From: Sphaerodactylus townsendi
Taxonomy: Eukaryota
Direction of reading: 5' to 3'
Assembly (NCBI RefSeq): GCF_021028975.2
Contig: NC_059428.1
Span: forward strand, 143,034,001-143,098,000
Length of the DNA stretch: 64,000 bases
The notes under the pieces were generated by a model, which ran no database searches, was not told the DNA's origin, and worked only from the letters and a program-made list of their open reading frames with translations. Below, piece after piece: positions 52,543-64,000 of the stretch. The position numbers were made by a program, and so were the translations under genes. Each line of letters begins with the position of its first letter. Position 1 is the first letter of the stretch.

Positions 52543-52618
52543 AAGAAGAAGAGTTTGGATTTATATCCCACCTTTGTCGTCTGTCAGGAGACTTAAGGTG
52601 GCCTACAAGCTCCTTTCA
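52543..52618 (-). mobile_element. Squam3-type SINE 3' fragment
   Basis: aagaagaagagtttggatttatatcc... tail segment. Confidence 0.7.
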
Positions 52619-53539
52619 AGAAAGAAATGCTGCTTTAATCTCTTTCTCCCTTTCTCGTCTTTGTTTTATTTATTCATTAGTGCATTTAACTTTGTTTGCA
52701 GATAGAGTTAAATCAACTGATTGTGTGTTCCTGCATGGCAGGGGGTTGGACTTGATGGCCCTTGTGGTCTTTTCCAACTTTATGACACTAACTTATTTAG
52801 CTGTTCAGCTCTACACACATCTATAATCAACATAAATAACATACACATATAACCAACAGCTCTTTTAAACAATATAACAGATTGTGTTGACCTCAAACAG
52901 CATTAAGCAATAAAATCCACCCTCCGTTAAATTTTTTTGAAGAGTTTGCATTATTAGCACTGAAGAGCTCCATGTGTTTTGAAGCCAGAGAAAGGAGGGG
53001 GGAAAGCCCATTTAATCGGAGCGGCCTGACATAATATCTAGACTACTCTAATGCAGAATAATTTCTTCCCTCTGGGGAATCTGCTGCCCTCTGAATACTC
53101 CTGCTCAGAGAAATGTTCAGCTTTTGTGCTCTGATGCTGTAGAAATGCAGGTCGAGGTATTAGATTTTTTTTTCCTTCACCCACATCTGGGTTGTTAGGA
53201 ATTCCTCAAAAGAAAGATGAAGAGGATCTTTTGAACGCATCAGTGAGCAAAATTTGCTCACCAGCCAGCATTCTTTATTTATTTACTCAATCTGTAAACC
53301 AAAGTCTGCCATCGCTCCTCAAAAGGGTGATTGTGACCCCAAAGCAAACTGCGATCCAGGAAATCTAACATTCACATCAAGACGACCAAGACGCAAACGA
53401 ACACATCTGAAAAATGACTATCTCTGTCCTCCTTGTTGCTGGCTTGGCTAGGCCAGCATCTCAAAACTGATGAATGATAGTGGCAAACACAATTCTTGAG
53501 GGCAGGTCATGGTGCTACTACTGGAAAGGCCCCGTTCCC

Positions 53540-53832
53540 AAGAAGAAGATAAGAAGAGTTTGGCTGTATACCTCGCCTTTCTCTCCCATAAGGAGTCGCA
53601 AGGCTATTTACAAATTCCTTATCTTTCTCTCCCCACCACAGACACATTGTGAGGTAGGTAGGCCTGAGAGAGTTCAGAGAGAACCGTGACTGGCCCAAGG
53701 TCACCCACCAAACTTCATGTGTAGATGCGGGAAACAAATCCAGTTCACCAGATAAGAGTCCCCCACTCACATGGAAGAGTGAGAAATCTCCCAATTAGAG
53801 TCCACTCCTCTTAGCCACTAAACACATTGGCT
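53540..53832 (-). mobile_element. Squam3-type SINE, diverged
   Basis: Same architecture with more substitutions. Confidence 0.78.
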
Positions 53833-53867
53833 GCCCAACTTGTGCCCACAAACAACAGCCGCTATAA

Positions 53868-54254
53868 AGGGGGCATACATTGAAAATGCTGGGGGGAAGA
53901 ATTAGGACTAATAAAAGGAAATATTTCTTCACGCAACGCGTGATTGGTGTTTGGAATATGCTGCCACAAGAGGTGGTGATGGCCACTAACCTGGATGACT
54001 TTAAAAGAGGCTTGGACAGATTTATGGAGGAAAAGTTGATCTATGGCTACCAATCTTGATTCTCCTTGATCTGAGACTGCAAATGCCTTAGCAGACCAGG
54101 TGCTCGGGAGCAGCAGGAGCAGCAGAAGACCATTGCTTTCACATCCTGAATGTGAGCTCCCCAAGGCATTTGGTGAGCCACTGCGAGTAGGAGTGCTGGA
54201 CTAGATGGACTCTGGTCTGATCCAGCAGCCTCTTTCTGATGTTCTGATGTTCTT
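53868..54254 (+). mobile_element. CR1 LINE 3' end
   Basis: GHTLKMLGGRIRTNKRKYFFTQRVIGVWNMLPQEVVMATNLDDFKRGLDRFM is a CR1 ORF2 C-terminus. Confidence 0.88.
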
Positions 54255-54324
54255 AAAGGGGCCTTGTAGGTAAATCTAAAGGCGGATCTCGGCATGCTTC
54301 ACCAGGTTCTCCTGCACAAATTAA

Positions 54325-54465
54325 GGCCCCTTCCGCACACGCAGAATAATGAGTTTTCAAACCACTTTCACAACTGTTTGCAAGTGGATTTTGTTATTTC
54401 GCACAGCTTCAAAGAGCATTGAAAGCAGTTTGAAAGTGCATTATTCTGCATGTGCAGAAGGAGCC
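54325..54465. mobile_element. Harbinger-type MITE
   Basis: Same family; TSD TAA. Confidence 0.85.
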
Positions 54466-56040
54466 TAAGTCTGATCTGCAGAACATCCTCCAGTGGGGTA
54501 ACTGCTTAACCCACTCCCCAAAGGGTAGGAAATGGGGGTCAACACCCCAGCCAAGCTTCAGAGTCAAATTTTCCCCTCCTGGCCTACCTATTACACCACA
54601 GAGACAATATTTGCTCTTCAGGACAGGCAACTATAATCTCACTCGCCCTCCTATTGCTATCCTCCGTGTGGTTTTCACTCCACATGTTGCCTTCTCCTCC
54701 CTCCAAAAGATTGCAAATTGCCTCATTTAATTTGCCAAAGTATTCTTAACCGAATATGCCAAAGTCAAGACTTCTGCCATTTGAAGTCTGCCTCGTCTGT
54801 CTTGCTTTTTTACTCTTCATTGGTTTAATAAGTTCAATCTACCTAAATACCAGTGCCTCTTTCTTTCCTTTCCTGGGGAGGATATTGTTCTGAATCATGT
54901 CTACGCAAACCTAATATTGAAAAAGCCCCTAACCCCCCCCCCCCCCATGTCTGAGACATCCATGCATGGAAACCCTCTAAATATCAAATCATGGCTTGGA
55001 CTATAACAGGGCTAAATCAGGAATAAACCTTGCAAGACAAAAGAATCAAACTGGAATTTCTTTAGCACAAAAAACTCCCAACATCTACAGGACTGCAGCA
55101 AAAGTTTAATCTATCTGAGCAGATGGGTACAGCGGTGAACAGAAACAGGCAACTGATAGTCTCTCCGAGTTCAATTAAATAATTGTTCCTTGCTTGCCAG
55201 TTTGCTGAAAACTGGATTTTCTTCTTCTCAGTGAAGGTGCTGCACACCTCCAGTTGAGTCCTCTGGCGTGAGGAACCCAGTTCCAAACAGATGGGTAAAC
55301 ACAGTGATTCAATTACAGTTTGCACCCTGATGAACAGAGCCCCTCTAATAACAATATCATTGTAACACTAGTCCCACATTAGATTTGATTCCCTCGTTCC
55401 TAATTGACCCTGCTTGTACAGAATTTCCAGTTCCCTTATCCAAGGTGACCAGGGATCCAGAATCCAGCTCTTTAACAGAAGAAGCTGGATCGCCAATTAT
55501 TAGGTCTTGGCACATCAATCAATAAATTGACTCTGGATATGGAATCAGAAGCCATTATTGGGTTGGCAACAAGGACTCAACCTGCAGGAAGCCAGATCTG
55601 GGGCTTCTGGCTCTTGCAGACACATTTATTCCCTTCTTTTTCTCCTTGAACACCCCCTCCCATCTTCCCAAAGATTAATAGAACAACAAGGTGTGGAAAG
55701 TTTTGTTATGGAGTACTGAGTGTCTCAAGGCCAAAGTGGTATTCTGCCCTGAGCCTCAGCGCCTCCCTCCCCTCTTCTGGAGGCCCTAGGCAAGGTCGCC
55801 TAGTTAGATATGTTACTAAGCACAGAGCTTTAGAACAAAAGGTCCATTCACATATGATAGATAGGTATATGAAAGGATGCTCCCCCCTGACCAGGTGTGG
55901 CCTTGAGGTCTGAATAGTTTGATTCCAGGGAGGGCAGGTGCCGTCCCTGACACCAGTTCAATGACGCTGCCCTTGCTTGGGTAGACCAACCAGTTCCTGC
56001 GGAACCCCATGCAGATGGAATGGGACTCCTTTCCCTATGT

Positions 56041-56189
56041 CAGGGGTCTGCAACCTGCGGCTCTCCAGATGTTCATGGACTACAAATTCCATCATCCCCT
56101 TGCCAGCATGGCTAATTGGCCATGCTGGCAGGGGCTGATGGGAATTGTAGTCCATGAACATCTGGAGAGCCGCAGGTTGCAGACCCCTG
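56041..56189. mobile_element. Palindromic hAT (Charlie-like) MITE
   Basis: CAGGGGTCTGCAACCTG TIRs, almost fully palindromic; perfect 8-bp TSD ccctatgt. Confidence 0.9.
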
Positions 56190-57420
56190 CCCTATGTCCT
56201 TCCTTCCTTTCTGGAAGGAAGATGCTATAGAATTAATCTGATTTCAGACAACTCATGTTGCTCTGGTAGATGCCCCTTACCACTGTCCCACCCTCCTGCA
56301 CCAAATCTGCCACATTGTAAGACACCTACCCTACCCTACCCACAGTATCCCATTCTTGATAGTGCTTAGGTGTACACTTGATGGTCATCCAATATCCCTC
56401 CCCATGAATAATCATTCACTGAGCTAGGTACATCAACACACACCAACTATGCAAAGAGCTGGAGCTCCGCAACAGACGACAAAAGGTTAAAACGCCCATC
56501 TGTTCGAGTAGTGAGATATCATCTCAATCATTACTTAGGAGAGGGAAGTTTTCAATAAAGGGACCGGCTGAGAACCAGATGCTAAGAAGGAGGTAGAGAA
56601 TATGTAGACACACACTTACACGTCTTAGCATAGTGTCATTCCATCAGTGATTACTGGAAACCAGGGGATATTTATTGTATTACGGGCTGTTCGTCACACC
56701 AATAAGCTGGGGAAATTCCATGTGCTAAGTAAACAAGTAGGAGCAGAGCCTGCATCTTGAAAGAGAGGACTTAAGTTTCTTGTTTACAATATCAAGAATC
56801 ATCCTAAGAGGCTGGAAGAATCTCATCAAAACACTACTCAGCACAGGCAAATTTGCAACCTGGAAAGGACAAGGTAGCTCACTGCTCAAACAGGAAGTGA
56901 CATCATCTTACTGGTGGTCTGGGTCAACAACTAAGGCAAACAGATAAGGGCTCACAGTGAGGAGGATGGGGAGAAATGGGAAAGCTATCTGTGTCTGTAA
57001 ATAATCTACAGGAACAAAAAGGGTGTGTGTGTGCTAGCCCTGGCAAGTGACAGGCAGTACAAAATCCATTAATTGGCCACCTCAAATACGGCTTTTTCTC
57101 CCTGAATCTTGACTATTATCTAGATAAATGAGATAATCAATACAAGTGCTCATAAACCAGCCGGCATGTGCATATGAGTCGCATCTGATATAGCAAGATA
57201 AGAAGGCCAATCTCCACTCTTAGCCTCTATTAAAAAGTAATTAACCTAACTTTTCTGTACCTGTTTCAATTAATTGTCCAAGATGAAAGCAACTTGAAGC
57301 CATCAAATTTCATCCACACTTAAAAAGTGCTTGTACTCTCGATTAGTTTGCAAACTCAGCAAGAAAAGGTTAGGGATATCATAGCTACTGTTACATCATG
57401 AAGTGGCCTTATATGACACT

Positions 57421-57721
57421 AAGAAGAAGAAGAGTTTGGATTTATACCCCACCTTTCTCTCCTGTAAGGAGACTCAAGGTGGCTTACAAGCTCCTTTCCC
57501 TGCCTCTCCCCACAACAGACACCTGGTGAGGCAGGTGGGGCTGAGAGAGTTCTGAATGAACTATGACTAGCCCAAGGTCACCCAGCAAGAATGTAGGAGT
57601 GTGGAAACACATCTGGTTCACCAGATAAGCCTCTGCCACTCAGGTGGAGGAGTGGGGGAATCAAACCCACTTCTCCGGATTAGAATCCATCTGCTCTCAA
57701 CCACAGCACCATGCTGGCTCT
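57421..57721 (-). mobile_element. Squam3-type SINE (subfamily B)
   Basis: Full-length copy. Confidence 0.88.
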
Positions 57722-58946
57722 CATCTGTCGACAGTCGCCTACTCTGAAAGCAGCTGCTCTTCAGGAAAAATGTTTCCTAAGACCAACTACCTGAGATTTT
57801 TGAATGGGAGATGGCAGGAATTGAACTTGGGACTTCCTTCATGCACATTCTGTTCCCTGCAATGAATTTACAGCTGTTTAAGATACCTTATTATACAAAC
57901 ATATGGAGCTTTCTTATGCAGTGGGCTACCTGGTTCAGCCAGATGCTGAGATTGACAGTGGCTCTTCAAGGCTGCTAGCAAAGACAGAAAATTCCCGCCA
58001 ACTACTACGGGGAATCCTTTGAACTGGTGGTGGCGGGGACTGAACTTTGGGCTGTCCGGATGAAACACATGTGCCCTGGTACTGATCTCCCCAAATTAAT
58101 GTTAATAGCCATGTTACAGCCACATGGCACCAAAAATGACACAGTGTGTTGGGGGGAATTTTTGAAAGGCCAGAAGACATTATCCACGAAACCAACAGCC
58201 CAGTATTACCTCTAGTTTTTTTCCCCCGTTCCGATTCCCGTAGAAAGCAGAAATAACAGAAATCAAGTAAATTGTGAGCAAAAACTCCCCCATAAACCAT
58301 TTGTTTTTGTGAGGAAGATTGAACAGCCAAACAAGTGGGACTGTTTTTTATCAGTGAATAAGCAGCAACTTGATAGAAGCATAAAATATAATGGCTGTTG
58401 GGAAGAAGAAAAATATGACAGCCGCCCTTCCTACCTTTTAAAGCAAACCCAAAACAAAGAAGCAGGATGATATCCAAGCAAACCGAAAGGTACCGTGTGG
58501 CTTAACAGTGATAAAAATAAATAGCTCATTAGAGAGAATTCAACTACCGGAATCCCCTGGTGCACAAAATTTTTCATTCTGTTTGCTTCGGCACAAACCA
58601 ACCAACCTCCCCTCTCCACACCCCGCAAACCCCCAAGCTTAAACCAAACTCGTTCACATAAATTCTCCTCTCCAATTCTCCTCTGTGAGTGTTGACCTTC
58701 CTTGACATATTTGTCTGGAAATGCAATATATGTATGTTGATCTTCTCAGGCAGAGAAGCTCAGAGGGCACAGTGGCAATACCCAGAGTCGACCAGCTGGG
58801 CACCCGAGCGCCAGTCCCTTAGGAACCAGGTAAAGGTCTAAAACCTATTGGCCAGTGTGTGAAGTACATGATGCTCTCACCTCACCAGTCAATTACCCCA
58901 TTATTATTACTGTTATTATTATTGTTATTATGACTTCTATGCCACG

Positions 58947-59103
58947 CAGAGGTGTAGCTCCAAGGGGTGTGCGCGCAACACAGTGGGGGCATGGTGAGAG
59001 CGTTCCGGGGACGTTCCAGGGGCATGGCCGGGCATTCCAGGGCGTGGCGGGGGCAGAGGATGCACCAGTGTACTGGGCGCTTTCCCCCTTTGCTACGCCT
59101 CTG
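58947..59103. mobile_element. GC-rich non-autonomous hAT element (same family as 45327)
   Basis: TIR CAGAGG(T/C)GTAGC; TSD atgccacg/atgccaca. Confidence 0.85.
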
Positions 59104-59456
59104 ATGCCACACCTCTCCTCCTAGGGCAATATCTATCAAGAGTAGGAACAAGAGATAAACAGAAGCACACAGTATTCCAACTTTGCGACCAAATCTCAGC
59201 TTGCATCTATGAAATTAAAACTGGCACTTTAAAGACATCCTAAAACAATAGCGTGAACATTTTTCAATGAGGGGTTGTTTTTTAACTGAACCTTTGCAAG
59301 TATTTGCTCCTTTTCCAAAAGTCAAGACAAGCTCAAGTTGAAGAGAGGTCTTGGCTCAGGACAGAACATCGCTCCTGATAGATCTGAGGTTTTAACTCAA
59401 TTTGCAAATAAATATTTATGTACATTTGAGGGGGGGGTGCTGTCCCCCATACTTAC

Positions 59457-59699
59457 CGTGGCCGTGCCTGAGACAGTCTGTGCGTTGGCGTCGCTTGCGT
59501 TGGGTTCGGAGTGCGTCTGAGCAGGTGGGTACATGTTTAACGTGTGCTCTGGGACTGTTGTCTGGCCGGCGTAGTCTGGGGTGGGGTGGGGGTGGGGCGC
59601 GGTGTATTCTGCCGGGATGCCGTTCTGGGGGGGAGCAAACTGGGCCGAGGCGTAAGGCTGTGCCATTGAGTCAGGAGGAGCTGTTGCTTCCTGATTACC
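59457..59699 (-). CDS. RBFOX1: RBFOX1 exon, 243 nt, N-terminal region ([81 protein letters not shown])
   Basis: Acceptor TTTGCAG|GGT, donor ACG|GTAAGT, phase 0-0; peptide matches the RBFOX1 N-terminus (AQPYASAQF). Confidence 0.97.
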
Positions 59700-60599
59700 C
59701 TGCAAAGGAGGGGAAGAAATGAAGAACAAGGAAAAGGCGGTTAAGATAGTTAAGGTTGTCTGACAGATTCGCTTGTTTACTTGGTTTCTCCCCAACAGGG
59801 ATCCCCCACAGTGGCTTATATCGTCTTCTGCTCCTCTACTTCATCCTCACAACAAACTGAGATTGGTTTAGAACATAAGAAGAACCTTTCTGCATCAACC
59901 GTCTAGCCCAGCATCCTGTTTCACAGTGGCACCTTGAGAGACCAAGAGATTTTCAGAGTATCAGTTGTCAAGAGTCAAAGTTTACATCCCAACAATCTTG
60001 CTGGTCTTTATGGTATTATGGGCTTGGATCTAGCTCTTCAACTACAGATCCACATGGCTACATTCCTGAAACTGCCTCCCACAGTGACCAACCAGTTTAC
60101 TCTGGGAGGACAGGACACAGAGGCTCAAGCCAGTGTGGGTGACTGCCCAGTGTCACCCAGTGAGTTCCCATGGCTGAGTTGGGCCTTCAAACTAGGTCTC
60201 CCAGGTCCAGATCTGAAACATGCACCACATTGGATACAGGCCACCCAACCCATTCACAATAGCGCTGGCATGATCAAACGACATAATTATCTGTATACTG
60301 AATGTTACTGAGGATCAGTGAGGCAATTTGTGATTGGAAAACAAAGACACAAATTAAATAAATGCATAACTTCTCTCATAATCAATGCCTGAGTTACATT
60401 ACCATCCAATGCTTCGTTAAATGTTAATTCTTTGTTAATTGTTAACTGTTAATTCTACCAGTAATTAAAAACACCAGAAGCAAAGGCCAGAGGCATGCTA
60501 GGTTCATGGACAATGGACTCCACCCAGACAAAGGATTTACATTCGCCAATACTGCTGCTGCTGCAGGGAATGCAAATGTGAATCACTCCCTGGACTGAA

Positions 60600-60897
60600 A
60601 ACCCCCACCTGCAATATAATACAATACAATACTGTCAACCACACCTTTGCATAGCAAGTTCCACCCAAAGCACTTACTGATTGGTTCCCCACCGTGGGAC
60701 ATGGACAATATATACCCCACATTCCCTTCTCACTGGACACAGTGTGTAGCAGACTTCCCTCTGTGATACACCTCTGAAGATGCCAGCCACAGATGCAGGT
60801 GAAACGTTAGGAACGAGATCCACCAGACCACGGCCACACAGCCTGGAAAACCCACCACAACCAGTCGAATCCGGCCATGAAAGCCTTCGACAGTACA
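60600..60897 (+). mobile_element. Penelope-like element 3' end with hammerhead motif at 60771-60811
   Basis: cctCTGAAGAtgccagccacagatgcaggtGAAACgttagg; ends gaaagccttcgacagtaca. Confidence 0.78.
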
Positions 60898-61807
60898 ATA
60901 GTGTAGCTTCTTATTTTCACCACCATAACTGCTGGTCCTTGTATAACTCTTGATGACACTGTTATGACATTTTTAGGCCACCTTTCTTCTTGCCTCCATC
61001 AGCTTGCCTGGCCCAAAGGTCACCTGCTCCTCGCAACTGCACCCAGGGTCAGTCATGGTGCAGAGTGGGCACCCCTCCCTCTAGCTGAGCCCTCTTCCTG
61101 TCGGACTCCATCAGGAGCTGACTTTCCCGAAAAAGGGGGCTGCCACATCCTGGACAATGAATTAAAATTGAAATTGCCAACTATTTGGAAACAGTTTTAA
61201 AGCAACGAGAACAGCTACCATAAAAAGACCCACTCATCTCCACACCTTCACGTTCAGTGAGGAAATGAAGCAGGGACATCTTCTCCTACTGCCTGTTCTT
61301 TCAATCCTATCGCTTGCCTTCCCTCCCAATCCTCATCTGCGGGAGCAAACATGGTGGATTCAACCCAGAATGGAAAGTTTTCCAATAGCCACCTCTAGAA
61401 TGCAAAATCTGACTGAGAGGGCATGGAGACAGCACTAACGAAAGAAAAGAAGGGGTGAATCCCAGGTGCCAGATCTTTGAAAGATTGTTAGTCTACCTTG
61501 GGTTCTAAATCAGATGTTATGGAGACCCCCGCTGCTTCCAATTATCAATGACAGCCGTTCTTCAAGCCTCAAATTAATATCCGTGGCATTTTCTCTTCGT
61601 GCTAATTATAGCTAATACTTAATTAAGATCCATGAGCTTTGGTAGTATGTCTTACTGGTGATTTCGGACTTATTTCACTTCCCAGGAACCATTAAATAAC
61701 ATGTCCGGGATGGAAGTCAAGACCTGCGTATGTGGCTTCTCTGTTGTGGTCCTCATCTCATAGAAGGGCCTGCCAGAGGAAGCCAGGAAAGCTCTCAGGC
61801 TCTAGGC

Positions 61808-62115
61808 CAGTGATGGCGAACCTTTTAGAGACTGAGTGCCAGGGGTAGAGTGAGGAGGAACTGTGCCCGGGGCACGCGTGCACCCCGCACCCCTGCCACG
61901 CCCCCATCCGGCCCTGGAATGCCACGCCACACTCCTGGTACCTTCTTGCCACGCCCCTGCAGGGGCATGCACTCGGTGTGTCGCATACCCCCCCCCCCGG
62001 TGCCCTTGGTGCTACGTCACTGCCAAAAGCCCAAACTGGGACAACAGCGTGCATGCCCACAGAGAGGGCTCTCAGTGCCCCCTCTGGCGCACGTGCCATA
62101 GATTCGCCACCACTG
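61808..62115. mobile_element. hAT (Charlie-like) element with GC-rich interior
   Basis: TIRs CAGTGATGGCGAAC/ATTCGCCACCACTG; perfect 8-bp TSD ctctaggc. Confidence 0.87.
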
Positions 62116-62139
62116 CTCTAGGCTCTTCATCAGCTTGAG

Positions 62140-62438
62140 AAGAACAGAAGAAGACGAGTTTGGATTTGTACCCCACCTTTCTCTCCTGTAAGGAGACTCA
62201 AGGTGGCTTCCTTTCCCTTCCTCTCCCCACCACAGACACCTGGTGAGGTCGGTGGGGCTGAGAGAAGTCAGAGAGAACTGTGACTAGCCCAAGGTCACCC
62301 AGCAGGAATGTAGGAGTGGGGAAACACATCTGGTTCACCAGATAGGTCTCTGCCACTCAGGTGGAGGAGTGGGGAATCCAAGTTGGTTCTCCAGATTGGA
62401 ATCCACCTGCTCTTAGCCACTACACCACTCTGGCTCTC
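62140..62438 (-). mobile_element. Squam3-type SINE (subfamily B)
   Basis: Full-length copy. Confidence 0.88.
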
Positions 62439-62712
62439 AGCGGGAGGGAAAGGGGTCCTGGAAACTCTCTTCCCAACCCCATCCCACCCCCCAAATTGGA
62501 ACCAGCCCTGGACAGCTATATACCTTCCATCACCACTCAAGCACTTCTTAGATTCAGTCCCTCTTTGTCGATAAAGAAATGCATTTGGGAATTTATGGTG
62601 AGAAAATAGTAGTCGGACAGCCACTGTTTCCCATGACTCATTAGAGCCACTACAGGGCCCCAGATAAAGGTGGCCCCTGGGTCTCCACCGTGATCCTAGC
62701 CAGATATTGTAT

Positions 62713-62984
62713 GAAGAAGAAGAGGAGAAATTTGGATTTATACTTTCCTTTCCTCAACCATAAGGAGTCTTACAGAGGCTTACAAACCTGTTCCCTTCCT
62801 CTCCCCACCAAAGATAACTTATGACTAGCCCAAGGTCACCCAGCAAGCTTCATGTGTAGGAATGGGGAAACAAATTTGCTTCTCCAGATAAGGATCTGCT
62901 GCTCAGGTGGAGGAGTGGGGAACCAAACCCTGGTCCCCCCCCCCCCATCAGAGTTCACTGCTCTTAACCACTATACCATGCTGG
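62713..62984 (-). mobile_element. Squam3-type SINE, diverged and internally deleted
   Basis: Same head and tail as other copies. Confidence 0.78.
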
Positions 62985-63724
62985 GCCAATCAAAAGACTG
63001 GCCGAACTTTGTTGACACAATTGATTTTTGCTTGGGACTCCAACATAGTCCTGGCTTGAACTTGGGAGAAGTGTCCCAATAAGCAGGCATTCGACAGGCT
63101 ACGGATGAGACAGAGGGCACCGCCAGTTCCACACCTGGTGCTGGAATTGTGGATTGGTAAAGCTACACGAAATGTTTAACATCCCCTCTTTTTCTCGGCG
63201 TGGTTTAATACAGTAGCAGTTGGCAGTTAAAAGCATAAAAGATGGCAAAAATTCAGGCTGCACTAAGTGTTTTGGCCTCAACTTTAATGAAATCCACATT
63301 TCAACTCCAAAATATGCTTTATGTGGCAGAGTATAAAAATCCACTTTATTGCTTTCTGTTTACATATGGTGAACTCTCCAAAGTTCAAAACAGAAAGAAA
63401 AGCTTTGATTAAACAGAGGCCCACACTTTCTAGAAACCCCCCAGACTGGCGTAGTTTGAAAATGCTGCTGTTTTAAATGTAGTATGCAGAACTACTCACA
63501 TATCCAACTTAATTTTTTCCACGAGCGCCATTTCATCTGTTGCACAGAGCTTTTATAATTAAGAAATTGTGTGATAAAGTGTCAAAACAGAGAACAACCT
63601 TTGTTATGCTTGCACACAAAAGAAGGCAGCCAAAACCTTATTTATGCCACGTTCTCCTTTAAGCACACGATTGTAGAACCACACTGTATTTATTCATTTC
63701 TTTGGGGGGAAAACAGAACGGGTG

Positions 63725-63727
<3 letters not shown>

Positions 63728-63770
<43 letters not shown>

Positions 63771-63782
63771 ACACACACATGT
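63728..63782. repeat. (TG)n(CG)n(CA)n alternating purine-pyrimidine tract
   Basis: Seen directly. Confidence 0.9.
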
Positions 63783-64000
63783 AAGCGCGCGCTGGGGGGA
63801 AGAAACACCCTACTCTTTATGGCTTCTCACATTTTAAAAGTCTGGCTTGCTGTTTTATTGTTGGTTTTATATTTTTCTCCCCTCTATTGCGTGTGCTGCC
63901 TTTTTGGCAGGAGATATTTCACATCCTCGGGAAAACAAAAACAAAAACAAAAAACCTGCATTCGCATTGTAGTTAAATGAGCCGAACTGCATCGTGTCCT

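Overview
Vertebrate genomic DNA. The repeat content (Squam3-type tRNA SINEs with (CTT)n tails, SPIN, CR1, L2, Penelope-like elements) points to a squamate, probably a gecko (inference). The whole window lies inside RBFOX1 on the minus strand. Seven internal coding exons (243, 144, 54, 93, 61, 54 and 81 nt) have canonical GT-AG boundaries and splice in frame into the N-terminal region, the complete RRM and the RBFOX1-specific '[10 protein letters not shown]' segment. The first and last exons lie outside the window. The introns are rich in mobile elements and contain seven assembly gaps. The most notable region is a ~4 kb transposon-free block around the 93-nt RRM exon. It holds ten sense-strand TGCATG Rbfox sites, one overlapping its 5' splice site and one abutting its 3' splice site, and two candidate stop-containing 'poison' exons flanking it, suggesting a layered autoregulatory circuit. 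Other leads: a strong sense-orientation bias of Squam3 SINEs that may reflect a cryptic exon on their antisense strand, a hammerhead ribozyme core on the transcript strand inside an inverted Penelope-like repeat, palindromic Harbinger MITEs carrying TGCATG, a SPIN element nested in CR1, a candidate 6-nt microexon and an exact 100-bp tandem repeat. No prokaryote-type system (CRISPR etc.) is present. Repeat family names come from recalled motifs, not from database searches.
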